Origin: Selaginella moellendorffii
Lineage: Eukaryota > Plantae > Lycopodiophyta
Direction of reading: 5' to 3'
Length of the DNA stretch: 64,000 bases
Assembly: GCF_000143415.4 (NCBI RefSeq)
Contig: NW_003314399.1
Location: forward strand, 267,428-331,427
In this document: one piece after another, positions 37,146 through 50,600 of the stretch
How positions within the stretch are numbered: position 1 is the first letter of the stretch
Layout of the letters: every line of letters starts with the position of its first letter
The notes under the pieces: model-generated
The model's input: only the letters and a program-made list of their open reading frames with translations
What the model was told of the DNA's origin: nothing
The model's database searches: none
Translations under genes and position numbers: made by a program

Positions 37146-39345
37146 TTAGAGAGGAGCCCTGCTGTAGACTTGCAGGCCCTTCCACGGTGGAGCAGGATTG
37201 TCCCGAGCCATGAAGCCTTGCATGATCTTCTCGATCGCTTCTGATGACGGATAAGGCCTTCGCAATGCTATGCTGTTTCCGTCTTGAACTGGTACAATCA
37301 GTTCGCTGGTGAAGACGTTTTTGATCTTCTGTGCAGTCGTCTCATGCCTCGCACCTAGAGTCCTCAGGCAGGAAAACCGTAAGTTGTAATCCACGATCCT
37401 CTTCACCCGGTCCAAGTTCTTCGAGCACTTGTAGTAGTCAAGTATGCTGTTGGCCACACGAGCAAACTCCTCCACGATTTCAATCTCTGTCTTGTGCATC
37501 AGGTAGCGGTGAACCGTCGGCCTTCCCCGCATCAAGAACATGGAATTATTGAGCATGATCCTGATGTTCCGGATGGGAGTGTAAAACTCTGGTGGTGTCA
37601 TTGTTGGCTTCACGATTGGCTCCTTGGCCTGCTTCTGTGGCTTTGGTGGTTTCTGGGCCGCCACTCTCTGCTTCTTCTTTTCATCGACAAAGGACTTGAG
37701 TGAAGCTTCCAACTGCTTCGCAGCTTCTGTGACTTCTGGAGGAAAAATCTTCTGTGTCCTCCTGTTCAACAGTATCTCCCTCGGACTCATAATGTGGTAG
37801 ATGTTACGGTACTCCGGCCCGACGATGGTGTCCTTGAGATTCTTAAGCACTTGCTGGAGTAAGTCCGATCCCTTTGTGACGTCCATTTGAACTGTACATG
37901 TCTCGTCGTAAGCTCGGCGAACTGTTTTCTTGCCAGCATGGACGTATTTCCTCATGACCCGTCGCCACCTATCTCCTTCTTTGATGAGTTCCAGTCTAGC
38001 CATGCGTTTCTTCCATTCCGACTCGGTCTTGTTCTTGGGACTGTAGAAACCTTCAGGATCGTCGCAAACTATTCGAAAGCCGAGAAAGCTGGCAGGGTTT
38101 TGCATGCTGTCCGCAATCGATCCAGACTTCCTCTTGTTCATGTTGAAGCCAAGCTTCTCAATGAAAAACTTGGCGTCGTAGAAGATGTTGCTCGCGTCCT
38201 CCTTCGTACCGATAAAGCCCATCATGAACTGAGTTCCATGCCGGACGTACCAAAGCCTTCTATACTCCGGAAACTTGGCGATCAAAATGTGCCTCACGCC
38301 TTCACGCTTGAATGGTATGCTCGCTTCACGGCCATCCTTCATCGTCACGCACGGAATCTCTCCCCTCTTGTAGAGAGATATGTTGTGAGCGACTGAAAGA
38401 TCGAACTTGTGCAAGTAGACGTTGCAAAGGAGCCTTCCCAGATTGGTCGACTTTCGGACGCGGCACCGGATCCCTTCCTCTACAGATCCCCGGATCATCC
38501 TCAAGACTCTCATGTCTCCAACAAGCTGCCGGAGTTCGTCCTGGAGATTCTTGGTCATTTTCCTCTCGCGGCAGCTCTGGATCCTGAACTTGAGAAACCA
38601 GCTTATGCCGACCCATCTCCGGATCTCCTTGAGAGCCGAGTGCTCTCCCAAGCCAGGGCGATGGCCGTGGGAGTAAACCAGAAAGTAAGGCTCGTAGACG
38701 GCCTCCAGCACCATCCTGAGCGCTTCCCGGACAATCTTATCGCCATTTCTCCCGCTAATATGCACCTTCTTTGCCGGTCCAGCAACTGTGTTTTCGAGAG
38801 AACTCCGAGGTACGAGCGCGTTGGTGCATTTCTCGTTTGGATTTTCAGCCTGAAAGAAGCAAAGAAAAAAACTCACGAAGAACTTCCAAAGTTTTGTATT
38901 CACCTTGAAAACGTCCGCGTTCCTCTCGTTTAGAACCTCCGCAGTGTTGCCAGGATCCTGCCAGAACATCAAACTTTAGACTCCAAGAGAAAAACTTCCT
39001 ACCTTCTTTTTCCCTGGACGCCGGTTCCGTGGATGATCCTGCAAGAAAAGAAAGAAGCTAGCTCTTTATACCAAGCAAATCTTTCATTCAAATCTCTCGC
39101 GCACCTTCTTCACCGCACCAATGGTAGCGCTCCCCCGAGAAGAATTCCCCAGCTGCAAGAGAACAAGAACAAAAATTTACCACTCCAGAGGTTCCCATTT
39201 TTCCTCTACCTCTTTCGCCGATCCCGCATTCGCGCACTGCAAGCAAGCATTAGCTCCTGGCGATGGATCCACACAGAAATATCGATCGCAGCGCCGAGAG
39301 AGATCCTACCTTGGAGTATCGCCGGACGATCGCGAGAAGGCGCAT
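37146..39345 (-). CDS. Nuclear-encoded group II intron maturase (degenerate RT + domain X) with acquired multi-exon leader
   Basis: DKIVREALRMVLEAVYEPYF..SHGHRP, NVYLHKFD, YVRHGTQFMMG in place of YVRYADD, domain X ILDYYK...LRFSCLRTLGARH; leader exons start MRLLAIVRRYSK. Confidence 0.88.
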
Positions 39346-39356
39346 TCCCTCCTCTA

Positions 39357-39370
39357 AAACCCTAAACCCT
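39357..39370. promoter_or_regulatory. Tandem telo-box in a ~105-bp bidirectional promoter
   Basis: aaaccctaaaccct between the maturase ATG (39345) and the RRP4 ATG (39450). Confidence 0.6.
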
Positions 39371-39449
39371 TGCAATGTGAGCAAGCATTGATCATCTTTC
39401 CACCGCCGCGCCTTTCCATTCCGTGATCAACGACAGCAAACTAGGGCTC

Positions 39450-40616
39450 ATGGACCAAGTGGTGGTAATTGGGGATTCTCTCGCAATCCCTGGGAAGGAG
39501 AGCGTTTCAAGGTAAGCGAAGATCAATCACGCATAGCTTCTCTGATAATCTCCACTAGTGGCCATGGATCGCAGAGCGTGAGCGGAGAAATCCGCGCGAC
39601 CGTGTGTGGAATTCTCCGGCCCCAAGGCTCTTTCATCACAGTCGATCCATTCTTGACAAGGTTTGCTTGCTTCTTCCAAGTTCGCTGGAATGTTTTTCTT
39701 TCGTTGTTCTTGCCAGATACAAGCCGGAGAAGGGCCATGTCGTGATCGGGCGTATTGTAGAGGTGATGTGTTCTTCGCTAGTGAGCGTTGGCTCAAGGAT
39801 TTCTTCGTTTCTGCAAGGTTGCGCAAGGGAGCTGGAGGGTGGACATCAGCTGCGATCGCCATGCTCGATTGGAGCTATCGTCTGTGGATCTGCCAGCGAG
39901 CATCCAGGTAACTTACGTCGATTCTCTTCGTGATCTTCGAGCCTGTCCGTGATCCAGCGACGAAGAACTGCCGCGGATGAGCTCAACATGCGAAACTTTC
40001 TCGTCGAAACCGATGTCATCAGGATTGTTTTTGTGTTTCTCCCTCGATCACGCTCACGATTCTATCTACCCAGGCCGAGATCACCAAGGCCGATCAAGGC
40101 TGGCCAGCGGAGCTCTACAGACTGGGAACGTTTCAGAAGCTCGCCTATGGAAACGTTTGTGAGAAAGAGAATTGTTCTTCCTGGAAAACTTATTCGTTCT
40201 TCGCAGCTCAAGAAGGGCCAAGCTGTCAAGGTGAAACCATACCTGCTCAAGATGAAGAAGCACGTCCATGTCTTCCACGCCAAGGAGTGCCAAGTGAGAT
40301 CATCTTCGGCTGCAATGGCAGGGTCTGGATTGGCGATGCGAACCAAGGCGATGAGGTCGAGCAGGAGCTTTCGATTGGCACCAGGGAGGTGATTTGCCGC
40401 CTCGCAAACGCCGTGAGGGCGATGAATGCCGCGGGAGTGCTCATCTGGTTCGAGCGAGTCGTGGAGGCTTTCGACAAGAGCCTCAGCTCCGCCACCACCA
40501 TCAGAGAAATGCTGGACTCCAGATTCGAGCACCAAGTTTCTCAAAGTAGCTGGAACAAATCGAAGAGATCTTCGGGAAGATCATCCTTATATCATACCTT
40601 TCTCGATGGATCTTAG
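39450..40616 (+). pseudogene. RRP4: Divergent exosome subunit RRP4-like gene, apparently frameshifted
   Basis: YKPEKGHVVIGRIVE, WRVDI, LSSVDLP, RRRTAADELNMR, IIFGCNGRVWIG, REVICRLANA; frame change near 40295. Confidence 0.8.
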
Positions 40617-40838
40617 TGTTCTTTCGGGATTCTTTGGAGAATGTTGCCAATTCCGTGCTTGATCTTGCTAAATCTTTTATATCGATCTCATACCTTCTTT
40701 ATCGATCGAGCGCTAGTTCTACTGCGATCGACAGCACACTGCAAGAGAATATCAGATCCTTGCGGTGATTTCAACACAAAATATCGATCGCGACCCTGAG
40801 AACAAGAAATCCATGCTTAGATCGCACCGGACGATCGC

Positions 40839-42701
40839 TCACGCACTGCAGGCATTGGCCAGCAGCACGTATCCCGCTCCATCGCCACCTTCCAGATCAA
40901 GCACGCTCTTGGCGGCGGCCGCGCCATTCCCATCGCCGCTCCTCCCCCAAGCGCCTAGCAAGCTCCTCCAGTATGCCGCGTCCGGAAGATAAGGCATATT
41001 CGCGATCAAGTCCCGGGCATCTTCCAGATGCCCCGACCGGCTCAACACATCCACCATGCACGAGAAGTGCTGGCTTTCCGGCCTCATGTCATAGTCCAGC
41101 GTCATTGCCACGAGGGACGCCCGGCACGCGCCAAGCTTGCCAGCGTGGCTGCACGACAGCATGACCGAGATGAAGTGCGTGCCAGCTGGCATCTCATATA
41201 GCACCGACACGTGGAAGAGCTCCAGCGCCGTCCTGGGCTGCCCGTTTTGGGCGTAGCCGGCAATCAGCGCACTCCACGTCACCACATTCTTCGCGGGCAT
41301 CGCGTCGAAAATCCTCTGGCTCTGCCCGAGATTCCCATTCTGGGCATATGCCGCCAGCATGGCTGTCCACGTCACAACGTCACGCTCCAGCAGGGCGTGG
41401 AAGACTTTCCACGCGTCTTTCATATGCCCGAGCTGGGAATATCCACACAGGAGCGCGTTAGATGATACCAGAGTTCTTTGAGGCATGTCCGTGGCAAGCT
41501 TCTGTGCATATTCCAGATGCCCTCTTTGGGCATATGCGGCCACAATGATATTCCAAGTTACAGCATCATGCTCCGGCATAGAATCAAAGAAGCTTTTGGC
41601 AACTTCTACAGACTCTTGTTGGGAATATGCACCTAGCATGGTGTTCCAGGAGATAATATTTCTCTCTGGCATCGTATCAAAGACATCTTTTGCATCACTA
41701 GTATGCCCATTTGCCGCAAATATTGAGAGCATAGACGTCCATGATACAATGTTCCACTCTGGCATTTTATCAAATAAAAATTTAGCCTCTTTCCATTCGT
41801 CATTTTCCACGTAAGAATCCAGCATGGCATTCCAAGAGACTACATTTCTCTGTGGCATGGAGCTAAACACGTCAACCGTGTCTTGCAGATGCCCACTATG
41901 AGCATAAGCCGAGAGCATGGCATTCCACGTCACCGTGTCTCTTTCCGGGGCGGAATCAAACACCTCCTTGGCCTCCTGGACATTCAAGCTACACGCCGCA
42001 ACCATGGCATTCCATGTTACAAGATTATGCTGCGGAATGTCCTCGTAAAACAACCGCTTGGCTTCTTCCACGTGTCCATTCTGTGCATAGGCGGAGATCA
42101 CGGCCGTCGACGAGATGAGGTCCTGTTCTGGCATACTTTCCAGTAACCGCCTTGCATGCTCGAAGAATCCCAGTTGTGAATATACCGCAACCATGGCAGT
42201 CCACGACACAAGGTTCCATTTTGGCATGGAATCAAATATTTGTTTGGCATCATCAAGATACCCATTGTGGGCATATGCTGATAATATTGCATTCCATGAA
42301 ACAATATCACGTTCTTGTATGAACACGAAAAAGAATCCAGCAACCTCTTTGATATGCCCGTTTTGGGCATATGCAGCCAGCATGCAATTAAAAGAAACAA
42401 TGTTCCATTTTGGCATCGCATCAAAGACGCTCTTAGCCTCGTCGATATGCCCATTGCTGCAGTAGGCAGTGAGCATTAGATTCCAGGTGAAGGAATCTCT
42501 CACGACGCTCGCGTCAAAGATCCGACGAGCATGATCCACGCTCCCGCATTTGCCGTACATATGGATGAGGCGATTCGACAGGAAAACGTCGCTAGCTTTG
42601 AGGAGCGGCTTGATTTTGAGGTGAAGCTCCTGGGCAGTGCGCAGCGTCTTGCAACTGTCAATCAGTCGGAGGCACTCTTTGCGATCGATGCATGGTGTCA
42701 T
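40839..42701 (-). CDS. Intronless PLS-class PPR protein (E subclass)
   Basis: 620-aa ORF of tandem PPR motifs ending HFSCMVDVLSRSG...MPYLPD..YWRSLLGA...YVLLAN. Confidence 0.93.
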   Translation of the reverse strand: MTPCIDRKECLRLIDSCKTLRTAQELHLKIKPLLKASDVFLSNRLIHMYGKCGSVDHARRIFDASVVRDSFTWNLMLTAYCSNGHIDEAKSVFDAMPKWNIVSFNCMLAAYAQNGHIKEVAGFFFVFIQERDIVSWNAILSAYAHNGYLDDAKQIFDSMPKWNLVSWTAMVAVYSQLGFFEHARRLLESMPEQDLISSTAVISAYAQNGHVEEAKRLFYEDIPQHNLVTWNAMVAACSLNVQEAKEVFDSAPERDTVTWNAMLSAYAHSGHLQDTVDVFSSMPQRNVVSWNAMLDSYVENDEWKEAKFLFDKMPEWNIVSWTSMLSIFAANGHTSDAKDVFDTMPERNIISWNTMLGAYSQQESVEVAKSFFDSMPEHDAVTWNIIVAAYAQRGHLEYAQKLATDMPQRTLVSSNALLCGYSQLGHMKDAWKVFHALLERDVVTWTAMLAAYAQNGNLGQSQRIFDAMPAKNVVTWSALIAGYAQNGQPRTALELFHVSVLYEMPAGTHFISVMLSCSHAGKLGACRASLVAMTLDYDMRPESQHFSCMVDVLSRSGHLEDARDLIANMPYLPDAAYWRSLLGAWGRSGDGNGAAAAKSVLDLEGGDGAGYVLLANACSA

Positions 42702-42758
42702 ACCCTGCTGAAACTAACTGTCACTTTTTCGTATAGAGAAACTGGAAAAACAAACTTT

Positions 42759-42977
42759 TCAGCGTGCGAGTCGACCGCCAACACAAACTTGTTCCTCGGG
42801 GATACAAGCCAAAGGCATTACCGAGTGCTTGCCGAGATCAAACAAAGTCCTGACAGTAAACCCAGAACTAAAGTTTTGAGCAAGAGCGTTAAACTCACGA
42901 ACAAACTGGCCTGAAGCGTCACTAGCAAGCGAGACGAGCAGCAGCGCTCCGATGATCCAGGCCGAGCTGTTCTTCAT
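42759..42977 (-). pseudogene. 5' fragment of NHL-repeat gene (retains ATG and signal peptide)
   Basis: MKNSSAWIIGALLLVSLASDASGQF...; homologous to 53539-53820 and 60713-61045. Confidence 0.8.
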
Positions 42978-43879
42978 ATCGTGCTCTAAAACACATTCAG
43001 CCTTCAAGAGATTGTGATGGGAATGGCACGACCGCGTCGTTTAGCCTGAGATGGTTTCCATTTCCTAACTGGTTAAATACCATGAACAATGGATAAGAAC
43101 AACTTCGAGAAAGGTATGCTGTAGCTTTAGGATGATCTCATGTTCTTTGGAAAATGTGCCAGTTCTGGTGGGTGATTCTCCATATCAAGCACTAATTCTA
43201 CTTGCAATGATTTCATCCCAAAATATCACATACATCCCACTCCCAGATCAAGCACACTCTTGGCGGGGGTCGTGCCATTCCCATGACACATGAAGGCTGA
43301 ATTCACATTAGATTTTCTTAGGGCTTGCCCACATTTCTGAATACACTTGTATTTACTTTATTTGCATGAATTTATTTGCATATCTTGATCACTCACAATG
43401 TCAACTAGCAATCCATAAAAACTGAATAATTGGTTTATAAACACTTAAGAAAATTTTCATTTTCATTAGAAATAAATAAACTATCTTTGTCAAACAATCC
43501 TCTAAATAGCATTATTTCCTCAAAATATTTTATATAAACTAATGATAAAGTTGACTAAAATATTATACCATTTTTTCTCAAATACATATAAAGGATAAAA
43601 TAAATTAGTGATAAGCAATTAAAGAGAATAATTTGAAAGCCATTGAGGTTAAATATAAATAAAAATGCAATCTTTTTTTCCAATCAGTTAAAGGTCTTCG
43701 GATATTTAGGGTTAAGATTTTTTGAGTTTGAGTAATATTAGGCTGGATGACCTTAAATTCAAGAGATTACATTTCATATTATAAGGATTATATATTAAAT
43801 TGTTCATTTGTTTTCTTTAACTTTTGTCACTGAGCAAAACAACCTTGAAGATAATTTTGACAATGAAATACAAAAGAAA

Positions 43880-44470
43880 TTGATGGTCTGAATCCATATA
43901 AAAGTCCAATTAATATAAATAATACTACCACCTATTTATAGTAACAATTATGCTTGTAACTCTTTGTTTCGAGAAGGTTAATTTCATTGTAAAACTTTGA
44001 AGAATTTTTTCACTTGTCATTCCAATTATGAATAGTAGCAAACTTTAACATATTCTAGAGAAAATCAGTTAAAAAAATAGTTATCTCTAAAAAGTCCTTT
44101 ATAAATCATTAAAAAACTTTAGTCATACCAAGAAAACTATAAAAATCATGCACTATCGAAAGTATATACCAATTAACCATCTCTCACACCATGTATTGAA
44201 ATCAAATGCTCAAAATATTCAATTTCCTCTAAGAAAAACCCACACTTGGATAATTTCAAGTAGGGTTCATTGTCTCTCAAGAATTCCAAAACTCTTTATA
44301 CATGGATCTTATATTCTTTTATTATAAAGCTAAATATTAGGATATCATCAAAGTAATCAATTGTGAAATTTCTTATGCAAGGCTGTAAAATTTAATTCAT
44401 CAACCTCTAAAAAGTCACAGAAACATTTGTCAAATCAAACAGCATCACTAAAAACTCATAATTGTTGCAA
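43880..44470 (-). mobile_element. Heavily eroded Ty3/gypsy RT-RNase H remnant
   Basis: YEFLVMLFDLTNVSVTF*RLMN*IL...YFDDILIFS...LKLSKCGFFLEEIEYL; SFLGM; DSDHQ. Confidence 0.85.
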
Positions 44471-46196
44471 ATATAATTATGAGTATCAAAAGCTACCAAT
44501 CAACAAATCTATCCTCTTATTACCACAATAACAAAATGTTAATATTGCTAGACCTTTTATCAATCTCCACCCAAGTTAGTTAATAATTTAGTTAACATAT
44601 ATCCACTTATATCGAAAGGGCATAAGGAAAGAAATCCTAAATTATCATTAGTCATGCATATTTAGAATAATGATTAAAAAACTCATATATTTAGATTGCA
44701 CTTACTAGTGTTGAAAATCCATAAATATTAACTCCAATCCCTTAATGTTTACTATATAATAAAATTTTGTGTCCACCAAACACTCTTGTTTTTCTGCCCC
44801 TTGCATTAGTCTCATTTTGGTCTTATTAGTTATTTATAAAAAGTGTCTAAATTTGTCAATTAGGTATATTTATAGATGTAAAGAATGTCTCAAACATGAT
44901 AATGTTATTCTTATATCCAAATTTGCAATATAATGTCATTTTATATTTAAATTTTTTGTAAGTTTATCCTAAAAACTAACTTTTAAAACTAGGATGAAAG
45001 CCTAAAGCTAGCTTTCATATTAAGGGGGTCCAAATGTATAGAAAGGATAATAAGTAGGAGGCATTTGTGACCAACCTATTTAACAAGGTATATTTTTCTT
45101 TGTTCTGCATCTAATTTTGTTTAAACCCAAACTCCTTAGCTAGTGGAGTATCTATGTCCTTATATTATACCATTAATATGCCAAAATTAGCATTAGAATA
45201 TATTTGGTTTTATTTTATATATTAATCTTAGTATTGAAAAATTACATTCTCTAAATTTTAATATTGTTTCATACTCTTATTATTTTACTTTTTGATTGTG
45301 TGCTTAAGAGTTTGGCTTTATCCCTTTGTTCAATAACTGAAAACCCTGAAACTTAAATCTTAATTTGTTCCCCTTGGTGGTTATGCTTAAGCTTGTGAGT
45401 GAGCAATTTAAAGTTACACTTTGAGTTAGAAAGATTAATGTTAGTTTATCAGTGGTTACTTTAAGTTATTACCATAATACTATAAGTAAAAATAAACCTC
45501 CTATAATTATTAGTGGATGAATCAAGACTGTAGGATTAGTTTATTGATTCAAGTAGTCATTTATATATTAAAATAAAAAGACTACTAATGCAAGTTTAAG
45601 GTTTGGTCAAGTTGAGCCCGAAAATAAAGTCAAAATAAAAGACCATATCCAAATTTATAAATTTTACCCTAACACAAATGAATATTCATTATTTGGGAGC
45701 CTGCTTCTATAGATATTGGCAGTCAATCCATAGGAGCTAGAAAGTATTGACACCAAAATTATATTTAAACTTTCTGTAAAGCTGGTCTGTGAAGTTATAT
45801 TGATTATTTTATACTTTCTACTTTTATTTATTAAAAAGGAAGAATATGTGGTAAGATTAAGACTTATAGTTGATTTTATTAGCTAAGCTGTTTCAGAAAA
45901 CATGATGGTATTAGAGAACCTTCTTGATATCATTCCTCCAAAGCTAACTCAAGACTAAAAACTAGCAAATGCCCTCTCTTTGACATACAACACACGCACA
46001 CACTCAGACAACTTTGCATTTCCCAGCAACAGAACCAAAAACGTCTAGAAACAAAGGAACACTCTTTTATTCCTTATAATTCTTCAAAACCATTTTGTTA
46101 TCCCAGACCAATCTCTCCATCATCTCCACTAGGCTCTTTTAAACCTCTTTTCCATACTATTTTAATTATAGCTTCTCCATTTTTTTCTCTCTCCTC

Positions 46197-47450
46197 AGTG
46201 ATAAAGTCTATTGAAATGTTATCCCATTTGTTTATTTATATATAAACGATAAAAAATTTAGTTGTAAGTAATTAAAAAGAACAATATCTAAAATTTAAGG
46301 TTTCAATATATAGAGATTTAGAATATTAGGATATTTAGGGCTAAGCATTTTTGAGTTTAAATACTACAAAGTTCACTCAATATTACTTGTTTCAAATTTG
46401 GTATCCTCTCTTGGTTAAGTCTCATGATATGCCAAATATCAATTTAAGCATATAATCCCCAAATGTAAACTTTTGAATTTGGATTTCTTAGGAAGTTAAT
46501 TTACCGTATTGTATAAAGTTTTGCTTGTACTTATTAAAATGTACTAGACACATTAGCAATTTCATAAGTTGACAAAATTAATGTTAACTTATTGGATGAG
46601 TTATTACTATAGTATCATAAGTGAAAATAAATTTCCTATAAGCTTGCTATGGAAGGCAAATAAATTGGTTTATAATTGTTTAGTACGACACTAGTGGATC
46701 CTTACTATGTATGATTATAAGTGGATCGAGGTTCAAATGGTCATTATTGTATTCTTTCATAAAAAAAATTTAAATTAGATTAAAAACAGAAAATATAATG
46801 TTTAGTCAAGTTGAGTCCAAAAATAAAGTTATTAGGGATGAAATATCATCATTTTCTCTTCTTTAAAAGATAAGATGTGGTTTTAGAGAAACCAAGTGGT
46901 TTTATTGTTCCATAAATTACGTTTTAATCTAGATGCCACACAATCTTTTAAAGTTCAGGGTGGTAAAGGAACTTGGTTTGTCTAAATATCCTCTTTGGTT
47001 TTCAGAAGTTTATTGTGCATAAAACCATTAAGTTTTATAAAAGCTTGAGGTTCTTGAACTTTTATCACAAAATATAAAAATAAATACTCTTGAGATGTAT
47101 CTATAATGAATTCCACTATATTCACCTTAACATCCCCTAACCCTTCACAAGAGAACAACTTTTTCTATAACATTCAGCTTTGTAAAAATTAAAACATTAA
47201 CCCTCCACTTTATTGGTCCAAACAAAAGTTTTTAACTTTATTGTCATCTTCTGATACAATAATTGTTATTTCTTCCCTAAATGTAAAGCATTGGGTAATT
47301 GGTTATCATGTTGTTTACCTCATTAACCATCCTATTGACCATAGTTGACTGAGTTGGTTTAGTGATGGCATTAATCAATTTTGCTATAAAATCTTTTTTG
47401 ACTTTTTGTTACACATCCACCAAACTCAAACCATTGATAAAACATTGCAT
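46197..47450. repeat. AT-rich repeat with an inverted copy at ~58345-59998
   Basis: e.g. tcattattgtattctttcataaaa (46741) versus ttatgagagaatacaataatga (~59360); aaactcaaaccatt (~47420) versus aatggtttgagttt (~58360). Confidence 0.85.
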
Positions 47451-47679
47451 CTTTAGCAAACATTTGTAAAATTAAAGTAATGATCACAAAACTTACGAAA
47501 ATCCTTTGCATGATTTTTAATAACTAGTTCACAAAATCAACTTTTTCAAACTTCTTCACAAATGAAGCATAAAGAACCTTTGTTAAACCACTTAGAAATC
47601 CTTAATGAAATTACCAAATCTAAAATAAAAACCATAAAAATATTCTAAAAATATTCTAAAACTATTTCATGGTTTAGGG

Positions 47680-50600
47680 ATTTAGGGCTTATTGATTTCA
47701 TTGGAATTGGGACAAGGGGATGCTAATCCTAATGAAGCCATGATGAAGATGAAGAGACTGTTGATGATGTCATTATAAAACAAAAGCCAAATTAAAAGTT
47801 CAAAATGATATCAAGGAGGTGAATAAACTCAATGTATAACTTGACTTGGATGTAGAACTTGTAAAAACAAACATAACAAAAGAAACTAATCTATCTACAA
47901 TCATCCATATTCCAAAACTAGAGCTAGGGCAAAAATTCAGTTTGCCTTATCTGTACTAAATTTCTCGCACTTCAATATAGTTGTGCCCCTCAAATGACAT
48001 TGTCCCCCATCTAAAGGAAACTACCAATCATCTCGTGTCTAGGCTGCCTCAAAAATCCTTCATGTGGAGCTTACCCTTTTTGCGCAAAAGTGCCAAGAAA
48101 TTGGAAGCACCATTGAATCTGATTCTAGAGAGTCTTTTGCCATGGGCATGAATCAATTGCTCCAAGAGAAGAAGACAAAAGAACTCTCAAAGCAAAACTT
48201 GAGGGCCAAACACCACCTCTTTCCAGTGGCTTTCTCATACACTTCCAATACCAATTGTATCAACAAAGTGGGCAGAATTGAATTCAAGGTTATCTTGAGG
48301 CATTGGCAGCACACTCCATCAGATTAAAGCCAGACCATCATGGCTTAAGGAGAGGTAATAGTGGGAACAATGATATCACTATTATATCCCTTTGCATTTA
48401 TTTCTTTTGGATGAGGATCAATTTTATGCAGAAGTGTGTCATTATGATAGTGATGCACTTAAACTTCTCAATCAATAGCCATGTCTCCACACTTCCCATA
48501 TAATTTGATGAGCAATGGCAGATTCTTGTTTAGATTCCCTCAAAATGTCCACCTTTGCTGCTAAGCCTGAATTAAATTGTAGCCTTATATTATTTCCATG
48601 GTCTTGTTCATATTCATTAAGATTTGCGGCCTGCCATTGTTGGACTTCCCGGAAGCTTTCCCGGCGACTGTTTGGCTGTCAGCTTGCTTGAGCAAAGGAC
48701 ATTTTGAGGCATATTTTCAGTATATCCCATGATACTTCATGCAATTCCAGCATCTCATTACATCCGATAGAAGAGCTCAAGGTGCATGTCCCATGATGAT
48801 CATATTCCATACAACCAACATTGTGGTTCTTCATCCTCCCAAATACTTCTGATGCTTCCACATGTCCATGAGGTTGCTCATGACAAATGCATTGGCTTCA
48901 TATCCACACCTCACACCCATCCTACATAAATCTTCCATGCTCTCACCCCTTGTGTACAGATTCACCAGATTCCTTGCCACAAACATGTCAAGATCATAGC
49001 ATGCCTTGCAAGCTGCCAAATGAAGAGCCATTCCTTTTTTGGCTTCATCATTTCCTTCAGCTGCTCCCAAGTACTGCGAAAACTTGCTGAGCATGCCACA
49101 CTTGGGAGTAGAGTCCAAGAGGCTGTTTAGGATGTGGAATCTATTGCCTGCGTATAAAACTTTTTAAAGTTAATACACTGTTGCAGTCTAGAACTAAGAT
49201 TACCTCTTTTGCTCATCAAAAATCCAGTTTCCATCCTGGAATCAGCTGGCACGCTTCTCAAGTTGACAGCCTTGCTACTACGTGCTGGAAAAAGAGATCA
49301 AGTGCCAAGCAACCTTTGCAGCTATGAGTGGAGATGAAACATTGCAGATCTACATGACAAATCGTTGCTCCTGAATTCACGATGATAGCCAGCCTCCTGC
49401 TGTACCCACAAAACGACTTCTCTATTTCTTCATTGTGAATGTCCCATGCAATGGCTCCTACTTCTGAAACGTACCCCTGATCCTTGAGAGCAGCCTTGAG
49501 AAGCCATCTTGTCCCTATATGCATGAGTTTTGTCCCAAGAACTTATGAATGATGCCATGTTTGTCAATGTTTGAGCTTCTTCTGAACTTTGTCTCCATAT
49601 GCACATAGGCTGCAGCTTGCTTCTTGTCTGGCTATAACATTCTTCCACTTCCCAAGTGATCATGTTTGGCTTGAAACAGAGCGAAATGCCAAAGCAACAC
49701 TCCTTTATTTCTTATAATTTTTATAACCATTTTGGTATCCCATCTTCACTATGCCATACTATTTTAATTATAGCCTTTCCATTAATTTTTCTTTCTCCTC
49801 CAATTAAACTTCTAGTGTATAAAAAGGTAAAATTATTATGAGTTTGGGGCAAAATATTGGGGGAGATGATGTTCCAGACTTGGATGAATTCCTAAAGAAG
49901 TATGATCCTCATCACTGCAAGTCCTCAAAAGCTGGTGGAACAAAAGACTGTTGTGAGTATATTCTCAGAAATGGTTGTAAGGATTTTTCTTGGCATTACT
50001 CAATAATGGATTGGTTTTGGGAACCAAGAAAGTATTGACAAAACTGAATTTTGAACTTTCTAGAGGATGCGAAAATCTTGGGTTATGCTGATTATTTTAT
50101 GCATTAAATTTTATTTCTACTTTTATTTATTAAAAAGGAAGAATAATTTTTGAAGGAGATTAAGTGATTTTGCATCTTTTATTAGTTAGAATAAAGAGCT
50201 CTTTAACTACATGATGTTCCTCCAAAGCTAACTCAAGGTTAAAAACTAGCAAATGCTAACTCTCTCTTTGACATGCCTAGTCCATTGTAAAGTTGCTAAG
50301 CTTGCTATCCACATTAGACCACACACTCAGATAACTTTGTGTTTCAGAACCAAAAATGTCAACAGAAAAGAGAAACAAAGAGAAAAAAAGTTATTCCTTA
50401 TAATTCTTTAAAACCACCTTTCCATACTATTTAAGTTATAGCCTCTCCATTAATTTTTTCTTTTTGCTAAAATAATAAATTATTAGCGAATGAAATCAAC
50501 TACTTAAACATTCCACATATTCTTCTTTATCAATAAATAAAAGTCGATAAAGCATATCGTTTTCGCCATCTCGACAGCCTCACCACCAAGTGCTCCAGAT

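Noticed and set aside
37146-38972. Maturase as an active retroelement, DGR or retron-type RT
   Set aside because: Catalytic YADD is lost, no flanking group II intron or template repeat is seen, and the spliceosomal leader indicates a host gene.
43300-47700. AT-rich block as an endogenous giant-virus or organellar insertion
   Set aside because: The recognisable traces are retrotransposon domains and local repeats; no viral or organellar genes seen.
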